Shown here in pieces: positions 13,935 through 28,089 of a stretch of DNA of 64,000 nt (position 1 is the stretch's first letter; each line of letters begins with the position of its first letter). A program made the position numbers and the translations under genes. The notes beneath the pieces are model-generated. The model was not told the origin of the DNA. It worked only from the letters and a program-made list of their open reading frames with translations, and ran no database searches. Origin of the DNA: Eledone cirrhosa (Eukaryota); NCBI GenBank assembly GCA_964016885.1, contig OZ024741.1, positions 315,394,001 to 315,458,000 of the forward strand, read 5' to 3'.

Positions 13935-14462
13935 CATCCACACATATATATATATATATATATGTACGTATGGATGCACAGAACATTTATTATAATGCTC
14001 GGTATGTTTGTAAACAAACATCTCGAAATAAGCTGTACAGTGTCTAGCAACCATTGTTGCTCATTTGTTCAACCCTGACAAAGGAACGCTGTACTAGTTT
14101 CAAGCTTATTAGCTATCGTCAGCAACGTATACCTTCCTGCCAGATGATTGAACGTCTGAAAGTATGTACTTTGCTTATGCATATTAACGGTTGAGCAGTC
14201 TAATTTGCATATCGAGTGAGTTAATCCGCCGGGATACCGAAAACGATAAACGGAAAAAATGAACAAAATTTCATTTCTCACTCTTAGTACGGCTGTTACT
14301 TAAATATAAGTATGTATACGTACATACATATATGTATACAGACGTACAGTAGTATGTATATATATATACATACATGCACACATATATATATGTGTGTATG
14401 TATGTATATATATATACATACTACTGTACGTCTGTATACATATATGTATGTACGTATACATA

Positions 14463-14498
<36 letters not shown>

Positions 14499-14987
14499 AG
14501 GGAGGCAGCTCTCCCTTACTGCACATATATCAACCCTGTTAACTGAATTACAGATGAGGGCTGATCTTTGTTCCAAGTTGGAGTCTCCTGTCTTGGAGCG
14601 TTCTAGCATTCCAGGAACCAAAAGTTAAAAATTTTCCTTTCCTTTTGTTTTGACCGCGTACTTGGATAACCAGACAGTTGCGATTTACTGCCAATTAAAG
14701 CATTGAGTAATCAATTGTTTAGGGCCCCTTTCGTTGCCCGATCCATGTGTAGGGAAAGCAGTGCTAAGTCTAAAAAGACCTGCTTTGTCACCATGAAAGA
14801 CACAAACAGCAAAAATTACTCATATTCTGTTCACGAACAGATATCACCTAATGATCGCCACTCCAGCTAAGGACTTCTAGTAATACCTTTTACTTGTTCC
14901 CGTCACCTTTGCTCTCTCGCTATTGGGCTTTGAGTTAGTGAACTGGTAGAGCTACCCACACAAAAGAATTGTTTACAGTGGTGAAGG

Positions 14988-15285
<298 letters not shown>

Positions 15286-15646
15286 GATCATCTAACTGTA
15301 CTGATATTTTGGTAAAACGTATTCATGATTTCTGAGGGATACGTATAAAGGAAAATATATATAAATGTTATCAGTGAGTGTGGGTGTCTGTTTGTGCGTC
15401 TTTGCCTGACCAATACACATTCCAAAATGCGCCCACACGCGCGCACACAAACATACGATTCCTTAATTGCTCATGTACATACGTATATACGTACATGAAT
15501 ACCGGTAAATATACACCGCCTTGCCGCCCACAAATTACACCAGGATATACACATACGCCCACGCACATACAAAAATAGGACCAATTCCTATAAATTTACA
15601 CTCTCGGTCCATATACCACAACACATATATATCTTTTGTCACATCA

Positions 15647-15732
15647 CCAGTCTGAGATGCAGATCGTGGGGTCGGGTCCATAACTCCTATGGGGCACCTT
15701 GAGCCAATCCTCTGCGAAACGCGAGTAACAGG
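15647..15732 (+). ncRNA. Degenerate hammerhead ribozyme in a TA-flanked pseudo-LTR-like insert (~15290-15860)
   Basis: ccagt-CTGAGA(T)-gcaga...tctgc-GAAA-c gcga g-TA-acagg. One core nucleotide is missing and stem II is long. Confidence 0.5.
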
Positions 15733-15859
15733 TCGATACGCAATAAATATTTTTCATTTGTAAACGAAACTTCCTCTTTTTTTCTATTATATAGACTCTG
15801 CCTGTGCACAGAGTGCTTGATTTGGTACGAACACCAGTATTTCACCGTACCACCGACAC

Positions 15860-15926
<67 letters not shown>

Positions 15927-17671
15927 GTCAATTTGAAGGCAATCCTCTTTCTTTGTATTTTTTATCTATAATACACGGTCGATGGTTTTGATCTTTCTGT
16001 CTGTGCATATTGGCACACCCCAAATTATGGTTGCTTTGTCACTTTCTGACAATTTATTTTGTGAATCTATGTAGTGTTTTCACCAGTGTTTCAAGTTGAT
16101 TCTTGTTAGCTGCGTACAGCTTTAGAATTTCTATTTACAATGATTCATAATTTTCTTACTCTACCATTTATATTCAAGTCCAGTCTTTTTCAGCATCTCC
16201 GGTATTGATTTCAGATAGAAGAGAAGATGTGAGTGGGTATCCCGTTAAAATATCCATCTTTTAACTGGGATGGTTTCTTTGTTTATAACTCCAACTTCCG
16301 TCGATATTTGTAGAACTGTTCGCGACTTATATGTAGAAAATTTGATGAATGGATTTTATTGTTAGAATTACTTTATTCATGGCTAATGTGTCCAGTACCC
16401 AAGTGTAGATGACACCGTCAAAAATCTCAAGTGTAATCAATCCATGCCATACTTAGATATTCTTTCTTTTTCTGCTGTTATCTCTTATGGCTTGTTGATT
16501 AGTTTTTGTTGATTAGTATATAAATGATGTTTTTGTTCGTTCGAAATAAAAACATCATTTATATACCTACGGCACTTTGAAAGCCTTTTGCATAAAGATA
16601 TACCTGGATGATTTAAAGACAAACAGGAATGGTTACAACGTAAATACAGTTATTAAGACGAATTAGAACTAGAATTTACAATTAGAATTAGATTAGAGAT
16701 TTTAGTTTCAAGTAATGTTGAATGTCTTTCGCCTCCATTTGCACACCCATTTTAATGGGTTATCATGCTATATTTGGAGAGGCTCATGTTTGCCTAATAT
16801 TGCCAAAAATAATAAAATGTATTCACTGTTTGATTTGGTTTTCGCTTCAGTATATTTCTACATTTTTACAAATAATTTCGCTGGCAATCAAAAATTTATC
16901 ATTGATTGACCAGCAGTTAAAACTATAAATATAAATATAATTTCTCAAAGTTTTTTCGTCACACATATCTGTGACATATTCAGTTATTATCACAGTGTTT
17001 TCTCCTTTGTTTTTCATATTAAAAAATTTGTTAAACAATTTCACCGTCTAATTATAATGTTATCTGTGATAAGGAATAAAAGTACGGTAGAATAAGTAAA
17101 CAGGTTAAGGTTTTTTTTTTTTTAATGAAGAAGGTACGGAGATTATTAAGGCATATAGTTCTACAAGTATTTGATAAGAACTTATTCACATAGTACTTTC
17201 GTTGTAGTATTTGCATGAAAGGAGAAATACTTAGGAGACTCTTCACTATTTCGAGCTTGCAGTTAACTAACGAATGGCAAAGCGTCAGGAAGCTTGGGTT
17301 GTTGTTTAAAATATTTGAGTTTTCCGTAGAACTGTTTATTTGTTTCAACTGTTAGCTTTGTCAGTCGGTCACAGATAGGTGCGAGTCGTTGGTTAATTTA
17401 CTGGGAGATGGGGACATATTTAGAAAATCGTACATGCTTTAACTCTTCTATGAGTGGAGAGGATCTGTTTTTTGACGTATATTGCAAGTCCAAGTTTTAC
17501 GTATTCTTTAGTTCGTGTTTCGCTTTCTTAAATTCTGGAGGTATTTATAAACAAGTTAAGATAATTGACAGTTACAGATACCCCCCCCCCTCCACACACA
17601 GATAGACAGACACAGACAAAGGCTAACACAGACATAGACACACACAGGTATATATATATATGAAATATAAA

Positions 17672-17930
17672 ACTGGCACTCCGTCGGTTATAATAAAGAA
17701 TATTCCAGTTGATGCGATCAACGAAACAACCTGCTCGTGAAATTAGAATGCAAGTTGCTGAACATTCCATAGACAGCGTACATTTAATGTAAATATTAGG
17801 GAGGCTGATTGTGACAAGACTGGCTCTTCGAAATACAGGTACATCTCACTTTTGGCAACTTAGTGTGGATTAGAGCAACGTGAAATAAAGTGGCTTGCTC
17901 AAGGACACTACGTGCCGCCGGGAATCCAAC
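17672..17930 (-). mobile_element. tRNA-derived SINE (resembles Octopus SINE families)
   Basis: cttgctcaaggacac...ccgggaatccaac is the reverse complement of a B-box/CORE-like head. The body ctggcactccgtcgg...gcctgctcgtgaaatt resembles an octopus SINE, recalled from memory. Confidence 0.7.
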
Positions 17931-17979
17931 TTAAATTCGTCATTCAAATATCCTAAACTCAAAGAAAACCACCTTCACA

Positions 17980-17980
17980 C

Positions 17981-18055
<75 letters not shown>

Positions 18056-18166
18056 TGTGTGTGTCTGTGTGTGTCTGTGTGTGTGTGTGCGTGTGTCTGT
18101 GCGTGTGTGTGTGTGTGTATGTATGTGTGTGCGTGTGTCTGTGCGTGTGTGTGTATGTGTGTGTGT
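17980..18166. repeat. (TA)n(TG)n microsatellite
   Basis: Directly visible. Confidence 0.95.
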
Positions 18167-18679
18167 AATTCAAAATTCAATGAGACCAAGGATTATTATC
18201 ATTATTACTTATTTATACACCTACAGTTGTTTCAACGCGGCTATAATAACTCATCAAAAAACAGATATTTTTTTAGTAAAGTTACACCATTATAAGTGCT
18301 ATACTCAAAACTATCTTTTCATGAAATATAATATTTTTAAAATAACAATAAATTGATTAATATCATAAGACATACTTTTAAAATTTAATAAAATAAAAAT
18401 AATAATAATAAGCACTGCAATTTTATCTCATAAATCATCCTTTCTAACACCTCCTGCAGTAACAAATGAATAGCTTTATCGTATTTTAACATATTTGTGA
18501 AAAAACACTGATAATTGCTTAATTTTGGATATGTAAAGATATATACACAAGCATATGCTTTTGCATTTATAAATTCCATCCTTTCGAATGCACATTAATT
18601 TGAATCCTGTATTATTGTTGATAATTTCTGTTATGATATTAATCAATTTCTTATTATTTCTTATTATATTTCCTGAAAA

Positions 18680-19154
18680 GAAACGGTTTTGAGTATAGCA
18701 TCTATAATGGAGTAACTTTACTTATAATAGCTGTTTTGAGTATAGCACCTATAATGATGTAACTTTACTGAAAATAACTGTTTTGAGTTTAGCCCCTATA
18801 ACAGTGTAACTTTACTGATAATATCTGTTTTGAGTATAGCACCTATAACGGTATAACTTTACTGATAATATCTGTTTTGAGTATAGCACCTATAATGGTG
18901 TAACTTTACTGATAATATCTGTTTTGAGTATAGCACCTATAATGGTGTAATTTTACTGATAATATCTGTTTTATGTATAGCACCTATAACGGTGTAACTT
19001 TACTGATAATATCTGGTTTGAGTATAGCACGTATAACGGTGTAACTTTACTGATAATATCTGTTTTCAGTATAGCATCTTTAATGGTGTAACTTTACTGA
19101 TAATATCTGTTTTCAGTATAGCACCTATAACAGTGTAACTTTACTGATAATATC
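18680..19154 (+). repeat. ~47-bp minisatellite, about 10 copies
   Basis: The unit tgttttgagtatagcacctataayggtgtaactttactgataatatc is repeated, with an inverted copy at ~18255-18320. Confidence 0.9.
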
Positions 19155-22100
19155 AAGTCTCAGAAAAATTTGGATCCATAATACATTGTTATATCGCTCA
19201 AATATTCAATTTTGTAATATACATTTTATATTCAAAAAAGAAAATGGTTATAAATGGAAGAAAACCCCTCTGTCTACACTATATAGAACAGCCAAATAAC
19301 AGCAATTTCACCAACACCAGAAACTAGATACACCACCTACCCCATCACCCCTCTGTGTACACTAAATACAACAGCCAGATAACGGCAATTTCACCACCAC
19401 CACCACCAATCTCAGCATAATAATAATAATTACTGTTATTATTGTCTCAAGTTTTAACAAAATGTTTAATTCCAATATTAAGAAAATATGTCAACGCATA
19501 TATTAAACATACGCGACAAAGGCATAGATACACAGATCAAACAAAACTAAAGTCTATTCAACAACACTCAGTAACGACAACGCCATCACTATAGTCACCG
19601 TCGCCACCACTCCATCCATCATTTCCACCACTATCCCATCACCGCCGCCACCACTCCTTCATTGCTACCACCACTATTCCCCCATTACCTTCTGTTAACT
19701 TAAGAAAGGGGAAGGTGGCGGTATCACTAGACAAGGGAGAGGCTAGCAAAAGATATAAATAGATTGACTTAGTGACCCGGCCACCGGCCAAACGTCAACG
19801 ACTATGGCACTGCTGGCTCCCCCCTTCCCCACCAACAATAGAAAAAGCCCCAGCACCACCACCGCAATAGCCAACAACAATAACAGGCAACTTCAGCAAA
19901 AAGTATATTATATTATTAATAATTTCATTCTTAAGCCACGCAATGCTCACGTTAAGGAACCACTCATGATAGCAATTTAAAAAACAACAAAAAAGAAAAC
20001 CCCGTGACCAAGAAATACCGGGATAGCGGCCGGCGAGGAATAGCCGTGTCTCTAGGGGAGGACGACCCATCTGGTCTTGGTTGACACTCGTCCTAGAAGT
20101 GGTAACATGAAATGATTACCCCTTGGCGGATAAGGATAAAACGCGACAAAATAAAGTAAATGTCTAATGATAAAATCTCATACCGGATCGGCCGTCACCC
20201 GGGTAAAAAAGGGCCGCGTCCCTCAGAGAGGAACCAGACTGGGGTCGAAAAATCAGCTAATGGTTCAAACCTTCCCATCACTTCGGAGCTGGAGACCTCC
20301 CATAACCGGAATACTCCTACTGTTGGCCCTTCATGCTCACCACCAAGAAATCCAAAGAAAAAGAGAGAAAAATGGTCAAGGGAAGATAATAAAGAAGTCC
20401 TTGAGGCTTTCTACACTGCCATGTACTACCCATCAAATACATCGAATACAGAACAGACATATATCAACTGTAAAAAGAAACATCCCGAAAACAGAGGTAA
20501 TATTGACAGTAACAAACTAGCCAATATATGAAGAAATATTGTAAAACAAAAGTTACTAACTGATATAGAAATTGATCAGATCAAGCTATTAGCACAAAGT
20601 CAGCGAAGGGAAAATGAAACATGTGTCAGTGAAAACGAGGTAAAGTGTAACACTTCGAATCCCAGAGTTGGGGCGGAATCACTGACAACAGAACAAATTA
20701 AAGAAAGGATCGAAAAAGTGGAGGGAGTGCATGCTCAAGATGAAACTCAAAATGAAAACAATGAGATCGTAAATGATAAAGAAATGAATGAGAATGAACT
20801 TGCCAACTTGAAGGATGAAATTATGATCGAATGGATGAAAATGAAAGAATCTGACATGGGGCAACGAGACACCCTCCCTAAGATCCAGAACTCCAAACAA
20901 AACCAAAAGATAATACACAAGACTAACATAATTCTCAAAAACATTATCATCACAAACAAACTAAACATTACTGATTTAAATCATCTCTATTATGCATCGG
21001 CTAAAGTCACCACTCACTTATGTGGAGTGAAGATGAAAAAACAAAGGAATTCCCACAAGAAATCTACTTGGCAAGAGAACATCAATCGCCAAATAAACCT
21101 TCTCCGATCTGACATAGAAATTTTAACAAACTATAACGTAGGTGAACATGTTAAACAAACTAAACTTAGAAAATTGAAAAGAAAGTATAGTATAAAATCA
21201 GCAAGTGACATAGACATGCTGATAGAAATAATCAAGCAAAAAGTGTCGGCCAAAGCTGCTCGTATAAGGCGCTTTGAAAAACGATCTAGATTCTATAAGG
21301 ACAATAATATGTTCAAAAACAACCAAAGAAACTTCTACAGAAAAATTGGTAAGTCAACAATAACTGCTAAATCAATACCACCCAAGGAGGAAGTGCAAGA
21401 ATTCTGGGAAAATATCTGGGCCGAAGAAACAATTCATAATATACATGCCCCATGGATAGACAGACAAATGAAAGATACAGCTCACCTTGAGGAACAAATA
21501 TGGGAAAATATAACAGTTAAACAGTTGCGTTTGGCTCTAAGAAAAACCAGCAAATGGAAATCCCCAGGAAAAGACAAAATACAAAATGTTTGGATAAATG
21601 CCTTTACAGAGTCTCATGAGCTGTTAGCCCAACTTTACAATAAAATGGTTAAGGAGCCAGAAAAGATACCATCATGGCTAGTTAACGGCATTACATTCCT
21701 GCTTCCGAAGATTGATGAGACAAACAATCCCAAAAATTACAGACCGATAACTTGCTTGACCACAATGTATAAAATTTTAACATCAGTCCTAACTGAATAT
21801 ATATATGACCACTTGATAACAAATGACCTATTTCCCATTGAGCAGAAAGGGTGTAAACGAGGCTCATATTGCTGTAAGGATCAGCTTTTGGTTAACAAAA
21901 TGATACTGGAAGATTGTCATAATAGACACAAAAATCTATCAATTGCTTGGATAGATTATAAAAAAGCATTCGATAGTTTGTCACACAGTTGGATTGAAAA
22001 ATGTTTAGAGATTTTCAAAATATCTCCCGTTGTCAGGAGGTTTTTGTCATTCAGTATGAAGACATTGAAAAAGACACTTCTTTTGAATAGTGAAACAAAA

Positions 22101-23962
22101 TCACTGGAAGCTGGAGAAGTTAATATTAATTGTGGAATTTTTCAGGGTGACTCTTTATCACCGCTTTTATTCTGCATCGCACTTATACCATTAAGTAAAA
22201 TACTCAATGTAACAAAACATGGATATGAGTCTATGATAAAACCATTAATCACTTGTTCTACATGGATGACCTGAAACTATTTGCAAAAAATGATGAACAA
22301 TTGCAAGGGCTATTATCCACTGTGGAGCAGTTCAGTGATGACAGTAAGATGGAGTTTGGACTAGATAAATGCGCCAAAGCAACGTTCACCAGAGGAAAGC
22401 TGCTGAAAAGTTCAGACATTAATCTTGATCGGGGGAGTGTGATAAGAGAACTTGATCAAGAGGAAACTTACAAATATCTAGGTGTTTGTGAAGGAGACGG
22501 AATCAAGCACTCGACAATGAGGGAAAGGATAAGGAAGGAATGTTACCGCAGAGTAAGAGCAATCTTAAGAACGGAATTGAATGCAAGGACTAGGATCGAT
22601 GCCATAAACACGCTTGCCATACCAGTAGTAACCTACAGTTACAATGTCATCAACTGGTCAAGCACAGAGATCCGTAGGCTCGATACAAAAATTCGAAAAT
22701 TCATAACCATGCACAGAATGCATCACCCTAAGGCAGATATAGATAGAATATATCTCCCCAGGAAAGAAGGAGGACGTGGGTTAATCCAGTTAGACATTGC
22801 GTTGAAAACTGCAACAATTGGATTATCTACATATCTAAGGGAATCACATGATTGGATGATCAAACTCGTTTTGAAACACGAAAGCATCAAAAGGTTACAA
22901 AAGATGCACAAAGATACAGTAATGGACTACAAATTTCAGAAGTCACATTTACTGCTGAAATTAAAAATACAGAAAAAGCAAAGTAGGTAAAAGTAACTGC
23001 AAAGAAAGAACTACTACAGAAACTGGCTAAGAAATGGCAAGAAAAGCCTCTGTATGGAAAATACCCAGAACGAGTTAACAATCCTGATGTTGACAAAACT
23101 TTAACCCATCAGTGGTTGGCATCCTCTGGACTGAAATCGGAGACTGAAGGACTGATTATATCAGCACAAGATCAGTGTCTGCCAACAAAAAATTACCAAG
23201 CCAACATAATAAAAAATGGATGCAGCCCATTATGCCGTGTATGTAAAAAACAACCAGAGACCATTGACCATATAATTTCAATGTGCAGTCCTATAGCTCC
23301 ATCCGAATACCTAAACAGGCATGACAGAGCTGCACAATACATACATTGGATAATGTGTAAGCATTTTGTCCTGCCCCATCAAAAGAATTGGTGGGAGCAT
23401 CAACCACCTCCCATACTTGAAAAAGATCACATCTCAATCTTGTGGAACTTCAGCATCCAAACAGACCGAAAAATAGATGCAAATAGACCTGATATAATAT
23501 TGAAGGACTTTAAAAAGAGGGTTTGCCTGCTAATTGATATGTCCGTTCCAATAGACAAGAATGTATCTATAAAAACATTTGAAAAATTGAGCAAGTATAA
23601 GGACCTGGAGATAGAAATTTGAAAAATGTGGAAATTGAGAACTAAAACAATACCAGTGGTTGTAGGCGCTCTAGGAATGATATCTAAGGGGTCTAATGAT
23701 TACTTATCGAAAATCCCAGGAAACCCGCGTATAGGAGAAATACAAAAGATAGTACTAATGGGAACTGCCCATATACTAAGGAAGATTCTGTCAATATAAG
23801 TACATCACAAGTCTAAACACCTAAAGATGCATGTGTGAGTATGTATGTTCTTTCTTGAAGATGGCGGACCTTGTTGTCTCTTGAGGTCACTGGTTGTGAC
23901 TTGGTGATAACTCGTATGAACATAAAGCAAGATAAATTCAGCTGTAATAATAATAATAATAA
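19155..23962 (+). mobile_element. R4/Dong-like non-LTR retrotransposon, family A copy 1 (near full length, disrupted)
   Basis: The 5' UTR is shared with the copies at 52039 and 57181. The ORF at 20160-23799 is broken by stops and frameshifts. RT YMDD, CCHC, RHD and PD..D RLE motifs; (TAA)n tail. Confidence 0.9.
20160..23799 (+). pseudogene. Disrupted RT-RLE ORF of family A copy 1
   Basis: Fragments 20160-20531, 20718-22274, 22253-22990 and 23116-23622 are collinear with the intact ORF at 58260-61910. Confidence 0.9.
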
Positions 23963-26900
23963 CAAACAAATAATGCTGGTGTCGGAGGAAGAAGAAGGAA
24001 AGGGACCAGAACCAACTGGACGACATAATTGAATAGAACTGTTATGCAATGTTACCTGAAGAGTAATCCCAAGGAAAAAGGCTATAGGAAACGGATGCAT
24101 AACATCTGGAACGAGATTGGTCTATTTAAATTAGATGCACAAAAATTGGCCGGGTAGGCGCGGGTAATAAGAACTAATGGGGGGATAAGCCAGCTGGAAC
24201 TGGAGGAACTGAGCAGAGAGATTAGGTTGGAAATGGAGAGTGGAGTATGCCAGGCAAACGAATCAGTGGGAAATGAAGGTGAAGAGGTTGAGAGAACGGA
24301 GGGACCATTCGAAGGAGACAATCATCTGAATGCTGAAATAAATAATACCTGGAACAAAGATACGGCCATTGAGGAGATGAAGGCTGACGGGCTAGAACAA
24401 GATTTGGTTGATATCCTAAACTTAGTGGTAGATGAAATGAACAATGATAGTGGGAAACCTATGCACCTAAGATTGTAGACAGGAAAAAGTTAAAAGAAAC
24501 AACAGCTAAGATAAACAAAGTCATCCCATACCTTGAGGCGAGGAGCCTTCACCAGTGCAACAATATCCTCAAAGCAACAGCAAATGCGGTGAGGAAATTA
24601 CTTGGCATAAAAGCGAGAGGAAACAACAAACAAGAAAGATCAGAACCTTGGTGGAAGAAACGACTGAATGGTCAAATCAGGGAAATGAGAAATGACATTG
24701 GAAAGCTTGAGTCCCTACTGAATGGAACACTAAAAAACATAGACACTAAAAATAGACTGGAAATAAAGTACAAAAGTAGGAGCAAAAGGCTAAATATTAT
24801 CCTAGAGGAACTGAAGCAACGCATTGTAGCAAAGAGTGCAAAAATCAGGCGATACGAGACCAGAGTCAGTCAGTATAGACAGAACCGCATGTTCGACAAC
24901 AACCAGAAGATGCTGTCTGGACAGCTTGAAGGGAAAGAAAGAGGCAACGACTTGATCCCTGAGGCGGAACAAACTAAGACATTCTGGAGAGGAATATGGG
25001 AGCAGGATGTTAAACATAATGACTAGGCAGTGTGGATTGAGACAGTACAAAAGGAGATTAGTGAATAGGCACACCAACAAACTGATTTGAGTATCACAGT
25101 TGAAACTCTTAAGTGGCAGGCCAAAAAACTAACCAACTGGAAATCACCAGGCCCAGATGGTGTGCAGGGGTATTGGATTAAAAATGTAACATCCATCCAC
25201 CCGAAACTGACAACCATGTTCAATGAGTGCTTGATGTCAGGTGAGGCACCAGAGTGGTTGACAAAAGGTACCACAGTTCTGATAATGAAAGACCGTAATC
25301 AAGGGTAATGATATTACCAACTGTGGACCTATCACATGTCTGTCCGTAATGTGTAAACTGTTGACAAGCATTGTGTCTCAGAAAATCTACCATCACCTCC
25401 ACACAAACAACTTGTTACCGGACGAACAGAAAGGATGCCGAAAGAAGTCACGTGGTACAAAGGACCAGTTACTTATTGATAAGATGGTAATGAGGAATTG
25501 CAAGAGGAGACACACTGGTCTTGCCATGGGATGGATAGACTACAAAGAGGCATTTGACATGGCGCCTCATTCTTGGATCACCAAAAGCCTAGAGATATTC
25601 AAGGTGGCAGATAACATCAAACAGTTGTTGAGCAAAAGTATGATGTCCTGGAAAACAGAATTAACATCAGCTGGAGTATCCTTGGGGGGCGTGAAGATCA
25701 AGAGAGGTATCTTCCAGGGAGATAGTCTGTCCCCTCTGTTGTTTGTCCTTGCCCTGATTCCCCTGACCATTATACTGCGAAAAGTGAGAGCAGGATACAA
25801 GTTGGGAAAGGGAGAGCTTACCATCAACCACCTACTCTTCATGGACGATCTTAACTCTTCGGGAAGAGTGAGGAGTTCGATATGCATGTTGACACTGTCC
25901 GTATTTTCAGCAATGATATATGTATGCAATTTGGTATTAGTAAGTGTGGAGTCCTTGTGATGAAGTGGGGTAAATTAAGCAGAATCAACGGAATCCAGGT
26001 ACCAACAGGTGAGATGATAAAGGAAATTGACTCTGAGGAAGGATACAAGTATTTGGGCGTTCTGGAGGCTGATGACATCAAGAACAAAGAAATGAAGGAA
26101 TTGATAAGAACTGAATACATTCGGAGTGTAAGGAGCGTATTAAAGTCACATCTGAACAGTAGGAATGCCATAAGTGCAGTAAATTGCCGAGCTGTGTCTA
26201 TTATTAGGTACAGTGCGGGAATTCTGAGATGGAATGTTGCTGAACAAAAAGAAATGGATAGGAAGACTAGGAAGCTATTGCCTATCTACAATATGTTCCA
26301 CAAGAGGAGTGATGTCGATAGACACTACTTAAGGAGATCTGAAGGTGGAAGAGGTCTTATCAGCATAGAGGACTGTCTTCAGATGGAGAAAAACAACCTA
26401 CACAAATACGTGACCGATAGTAAGAAGCCAATGCTCAGAATTGTACTGAAGGAGAGGACAATAGACCAGGGGATGTCCAAGGAGGAAATAACAAGGAGAA
26501 AGAGCAACCTTCATGAAAAATCACTTCATAGTACCTTCTTTGAGAAAACGGAATTTAGAGATCCACAGACATAGAACTGGTTGAGAAGAGGAGACCTTAG
26601 AAAGGCTACAGAAGGAATGCTAATGGCTGCGCAAGAGCAGGCCCTCAAAACGAAGTGGCTGAAACACCATATTTACAAGGAGGCGGCTATTGCACTGTGC
26701 ATTATCTGTGGAGAGAGAGAGGAGACTGTGGCTCACATTGTATCCGAGTGTAAACACCTAGCCCAGACTCACTATAAAGGCTGGAGACATGATGTGATGG
26801 GCAGTGATCCACTGGCACCTATGCAAAGTAAACAATTTCCCACATTCTGAGAAGTGGTATGAGCTTAAGCCAGAGTCGGTGATAGAAAACGATCAGGTGA

Positions 26901-27360
26901 AGGTGCTATGGGATTTTAGGATACAGACTGACAAGAATTTAGAACACAATAGGGCTGACCTGGTGGTTTGGGACAAGGAAAAAAGATCGTGCCTGATTGT
27001 AGCCTGCCCATTCGACACGAGAGTGCAAGAGAAGGAGAGGGAGAAAATTAACCGATACCAGGACTTAAAGTGGGAGGTAAAAAGGAATTGGAACTGCCAT
27101 GAAGTCAAAGTGGTCCCGATTGTCATAGGCGCACTAGGTACTATCTCAAAGAGTTTCCAAGGATGGTTAAAGAAGATTAGTCCAGCCCCGCTTTTTGGAA
27201 CACTTCAAAAGGCATGCTTGCTGGGAACAGCAAGAACCCTCCGATACGTCATGAATATCTGAGGCTGCAGGTAGTGGCTTGATATTTTTTTCAACAAACT
27301 TTCCAGTTAACTAACATCAATGACTGAGACTCAAAGAACAATAATAATAATAATAATAAT
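23963..27360 (+). mobile_element. R4/Dong-like retrotransposon, family B copy 1 (5'-truncated, disrupted)
   Basis: WKSPGPDGVQGYWIK, GIFQGDSLSP, LFMDD, CIICGEREETVAHIVSEC, RHD and RLE region ending ...LLGTARTLR; (TAA)n tail at 27340-27360. Confidence 0.88.
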
Positions 27361-27480
27361 GTTTCTACTTTTGTCACAAGGCCAGCAATAACACCAGAAC
27401 ATTAATGGTGCTTTAAGAACGTAAAGGGCCATAACTATGCTGCAAATCATGATGTCTGACGCTCTACCGATACTGCAAAC
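27361..27480 (-). mobile_element. Internally deleted SINE fragment
   Basis: gtttctacttttgtcacaaggccagcaat and gacgctctaccgatactgc match the SINE copies at 33905 and 52438. Confidence 0.6.
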
Positions 27481-27709
27481 CCACATCCTGGTCTTATTGA
27501 ATTTTCAATTATAAATGCTCTGGTGCTATAACTGTTCGCTCCTGAAGAACAAAGGGTAGAAATGTGCATTGCGCCTAACTCATCTTACAAATGAAAATAG
27601 TGAACTATTATACTATAATCTCATATATATATAACAAAGAAAATGTGGTAAAAAACCAGGTGGAGCAAAACGCACCAGAGTACTCGATACTTAGGGTAGT
27701 AGATTGGTA

Positions 27710-27833
27710 ATAGGAAAAGAGTCAGGACCCCGACGGCTGAGCTCCGGTCGTTTCGACAGCTAGATCCGAACTTTTCGGATCAAGCTGTCGAAACGGTCGG
27801 AGCTCAGCTGTCGAGGTCCTGACTCTTTTCCTA
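27710..27833. repeat. Hairpin fold-back with ~60-bp arms containing a hammerhead-like 3' half (GAAACGGTC)
   Basis: taggaaaagagtcaggac...gatccgaa is mirrored by ttcggatc...gtcctgactcttttccta. Confidence 0.75.
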
Positions 27834-28089
27834 TATATATAGTATATTTGGCAATGTATCGTATGTAAAGAAGTAAGTGACATAGTCACTACTTTAAATC
27901 CGATAGCGTATGGTCTTCAAAATGTTTTTAATTAAACACACGGTATATTGCCAAATATACTATACATACATTTATGTATACATCGCTATTTCAGAGCACC
28001 AATCCTAATATATATATATATATATATAAGTATATATAAGTAAGTTTGCATAAAAAGACTAAATGAATTTTTTAACTGTGTTTTTTCAG

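Noticed and set aside
18680-19154. 47-bp repeat as a CRISPR array
   Set aside because: The units are head-to-tail with no spacers, in a eukaryotic context.
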